Assembly (NCBI GenBank): GCA_040437565.1
Contig: JBDOQK010000048.1
Span: 62,001-126,000 of the forward strand
Source of the DNA: Albugo candida
Lineage: Eukaryota
Direction: 5' to 3'
Length of the DNA: 64,000 nucleotides
Part shown: in pieces, positions 62,334 through 64,000 of the stretch
Layout of the letters: every line of letters begins with the position of its first letter
Position numbering within the stretch: the stretch's first letter is position 1
Position numbers and translations under genes: made by a program
Notes under the pieces: generated by a model
What the model was told of the DNA's origin: nothing
Seen by the model: the letters and a program-made list of their open reading frames with translations, nothing else
The model's database searches: none

Positions 62334-64000
62334 ATGAGCTCTCCGCATGCAAATGCATCGCTTTGTAGCGAAACGCGCGCACTTGTCACCGCCTCTACAA
62401 GCACGCAAACTGAGATTTCTTCAGAGGAAGTGGCAATGCTTCCTCTCCCGGGTATGAACGTCCCAAATTCCATCAGTTTCAGTCCCGATGGACAGATTGT
62501 AGCGTACTTGCAGTCGAATGAAACTGAGCTGACAAATAATCTGTACGGCGTCCACGTTCCTTCCCGCTCGAAAAGCGACTCGTTCGAAGGCCCTTTACTA
62601 CTCGCAACGCCGCCAAATAGCGGCAATACGGAAGTGAATTTGTCGCTTGAGGAACGATTGCGTCGTGAACGACAGCGGCAATTGGGCGTTGGTATCACTT
62701 CGTATATGTGGTCTCCTACCTCCCTGCGGTCGACACAGAGGCTCTTATACCCTCTACAGGGCGATTTATACATCCAGGAAGACGTTGGATCGGAACTTGT
62801 GCTCTTATTCGATCGATTATCGACGGGAGTCGCCGGGGGAGCGATTGATCCTCAGTTTTCCCCTGATGGAAAGTACATCGCATTTGTGCAAGATCGTGAA
62901 ATATATGTGATCCCTAGCACGTATCAAGACCAGACGACACCGGTGAAGGCTGTTCAAGTCACAGAAGGCGCTGGAAAACGACCTGGAGTCTCCAATGGAT
63001 TGGCATGCTTTTTGACCCAGGAAGAATTATCGCGATACCGTGGATTTTGGTGGTCACCTGATAGCACACATATCGCTTTTGAGCAAGTCGATGAGTCTGG
63101 AATCGATGAGTATCGCATCATGCATCTGGGCGATCCCACATTGGGTCGAGATGCACAGGAAGATCATCGTTATCCCTTTGCAGGAACAATGAATCCTCGA
63201 CGTCGTCTGGGGATCGTTCGGGTCCCTATCGACCAACAAGACATCAATGAGCCAGTTTGGATGCGTTTTGAGACTGTCGATCAGTCCGAGGAGGATTTTT
63301 ACATCAGTCGAGTGAATTGGCTGCCCGATCAATCGCTCGGAGTACAGCGACTGAATCGCTCTCAGACAGAGATAACGTTTATTCGCTTTGACACCAGTAC
63401 TGGGGAAGGTATCGTTCTTCTACAGGAACGCAGTTCTGTCTGGGTGAATGTCCATTATTTGTATCGAGGGCTGGAAAGTCATAAACAGAGCGGATTTCGT
63501 TTCGTTTGGGGATCCGAACGAACAGAATATATGCATTTGTACTTGTACGAATACAATGCTGACTCAATGAAGACCGAGTTTCTGGGCGCTTTAACACGGG
63601 GAGAATGGAATGTCGAGTCGATCGAAGGGATCAATTCGTCTCAAGACAAAGTCTTCTTTTCCGGTACCTTGGAATCTCCTTTGGAACGACATTTGTACGC
63701 GACTTCTCTGACCCCATTTCCGACTACCGACAATGACGAACAGAGTCCCGTGCGTCTGACCAAAGAGCAAGGAATGCATACTATCGTGATGGATCGATTC
63801 TGTCGAGCGTATGTGGATCTGTACAGTTCACTGGAAGCTCCACCTGTAGCGTATCTCGTTCGAATTCCCCAGGACGCCCACGTACTCGACCATGACGCTC
63901 TGCTTTGTATCCTCGCCGAATCTCGGTTCCCGCTCCACGATAAAGTTGAAAGTCGAGTGACAACGCTACAATGTGCTCATAAATTGCCTCCACCACGCAT
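62334..64000 (+). CDS. Dipeptidyl peptidase IV-like (family S9B), N-terminal beta-propeller; partial, runs off window end
   Basis: Open frame with ISFSPDGQIVAYL, LSLEERLRRERQRQLGVGITSY, DPQFSPDGKYIAFV, QEELSRYRGFWWSPDS, HRYPFAG, SERTEYMHLYLY, SPLERHLY. Start at 62334, or at 62288 with a short intron. Catalytic domain lies outside the window. Confidence 0.92.
   Translation, partial: MSSPHANASLCSETRALVTASTSTQTEISSEEVAMLPLPGMNVPNSISFSPDGQIVAYLQSNETELTNNLYGVHVPSRSKSDSFEGPLLLATPPNSGNTEVNLSLEERLRRERQRQLGVGITSYMWSPTSLRSTQRLLYPLQGDLYIQEDVGSELVLLFDRLSTGVAGGAIDPQFSPDGKYIAFVQDREIYVIPSTYQDQTTPVKAVQVTEGAGKRPGVSNGLACFLTQEELSRYRGFWWSPDSTHIAFEQVDESGIDEYRIMHLGDPTLGRDAQEDHRYPFAGTMNPRRRLGIVRVPIDQQDINEPVWMRFETVDQSEEDFYISRVNWLPDQSLGVQRLNRSQTEITFIRFDTSTGEGIVLLQERSSVWVNVHYLYRGLESHKQSGFRFVWGSERTEYMHLYLYEYNADSMKTEFLGALTRGEWNVESIEGINSSQDKVFFSGTLESPLERHLYATSLTPFPTTDNDEQSPVRLTKEQGMHTIVMDRFCRAYVDLYSSLEAPPVAYLVRIPQDAHVLDHDALLCILAESRFPLHDKVESRVTTLQCAHKLPPPR

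Noticed and set aside
59427-63996. Minus-strand ORFs opposite eEF2 and the peptidase
   Set aside because: Antisense shadows of conserved coding sequence.

Overview
Eukaryotic draft-scaffold window, most likely from an oomycete. This is inferred from the short 38-75 nt GT-AG introns, an oomycete-type INR/FPR motif, an oomycete Cys-rich 'GDATYC..GPxCS...WGC' secreted domain and the compact gene spacing; an Albugo-like genome is plausible but cannot be proven here. There are ten 100-N gaps, and most are flanked by false exact duplications. Positions 1-26303 (minus strand) are most simply read as ONE giant secreted gene. After removing the gap duplications and three short introns it gives 7,951 codons in frame from an N-terminal signal peptide, and it is still open at the window edge. 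It is built from many IPT/TIG-like domains. Its most striking feature is a nested, bracket-matched architecture: about 1,600 residues are inserted inside a single split IPT domain, with runs of isolated 'EIQ/EVQ' strands at 14-residue spacing followed later by a matching number of repeat bodies lacking that strand. This suggests a branched, out-and-back stalk. The rest of the window holds SNF8/VPS22, a nested transposon cluster (MULE-like element, long-spacer IS630/Tc1/mariner remnant, Tc1 insertion with an adjacent excision footprint, solo LTR), a metaxin/UTP6 head-to-head pair, a REX1-like exonuclease, four members of a secreted G/P/Y/Q-rich Cys-domain family (two pseudogenes in inverted orientation, two tandem copies cut by gaps), an LCMT-GNAT fusion gene, CHCHD2/MIX17, eEF2 and a partial S9B dipeptidyl peptidase. 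All calls come from reading the sequence by eye; no database searches were run.
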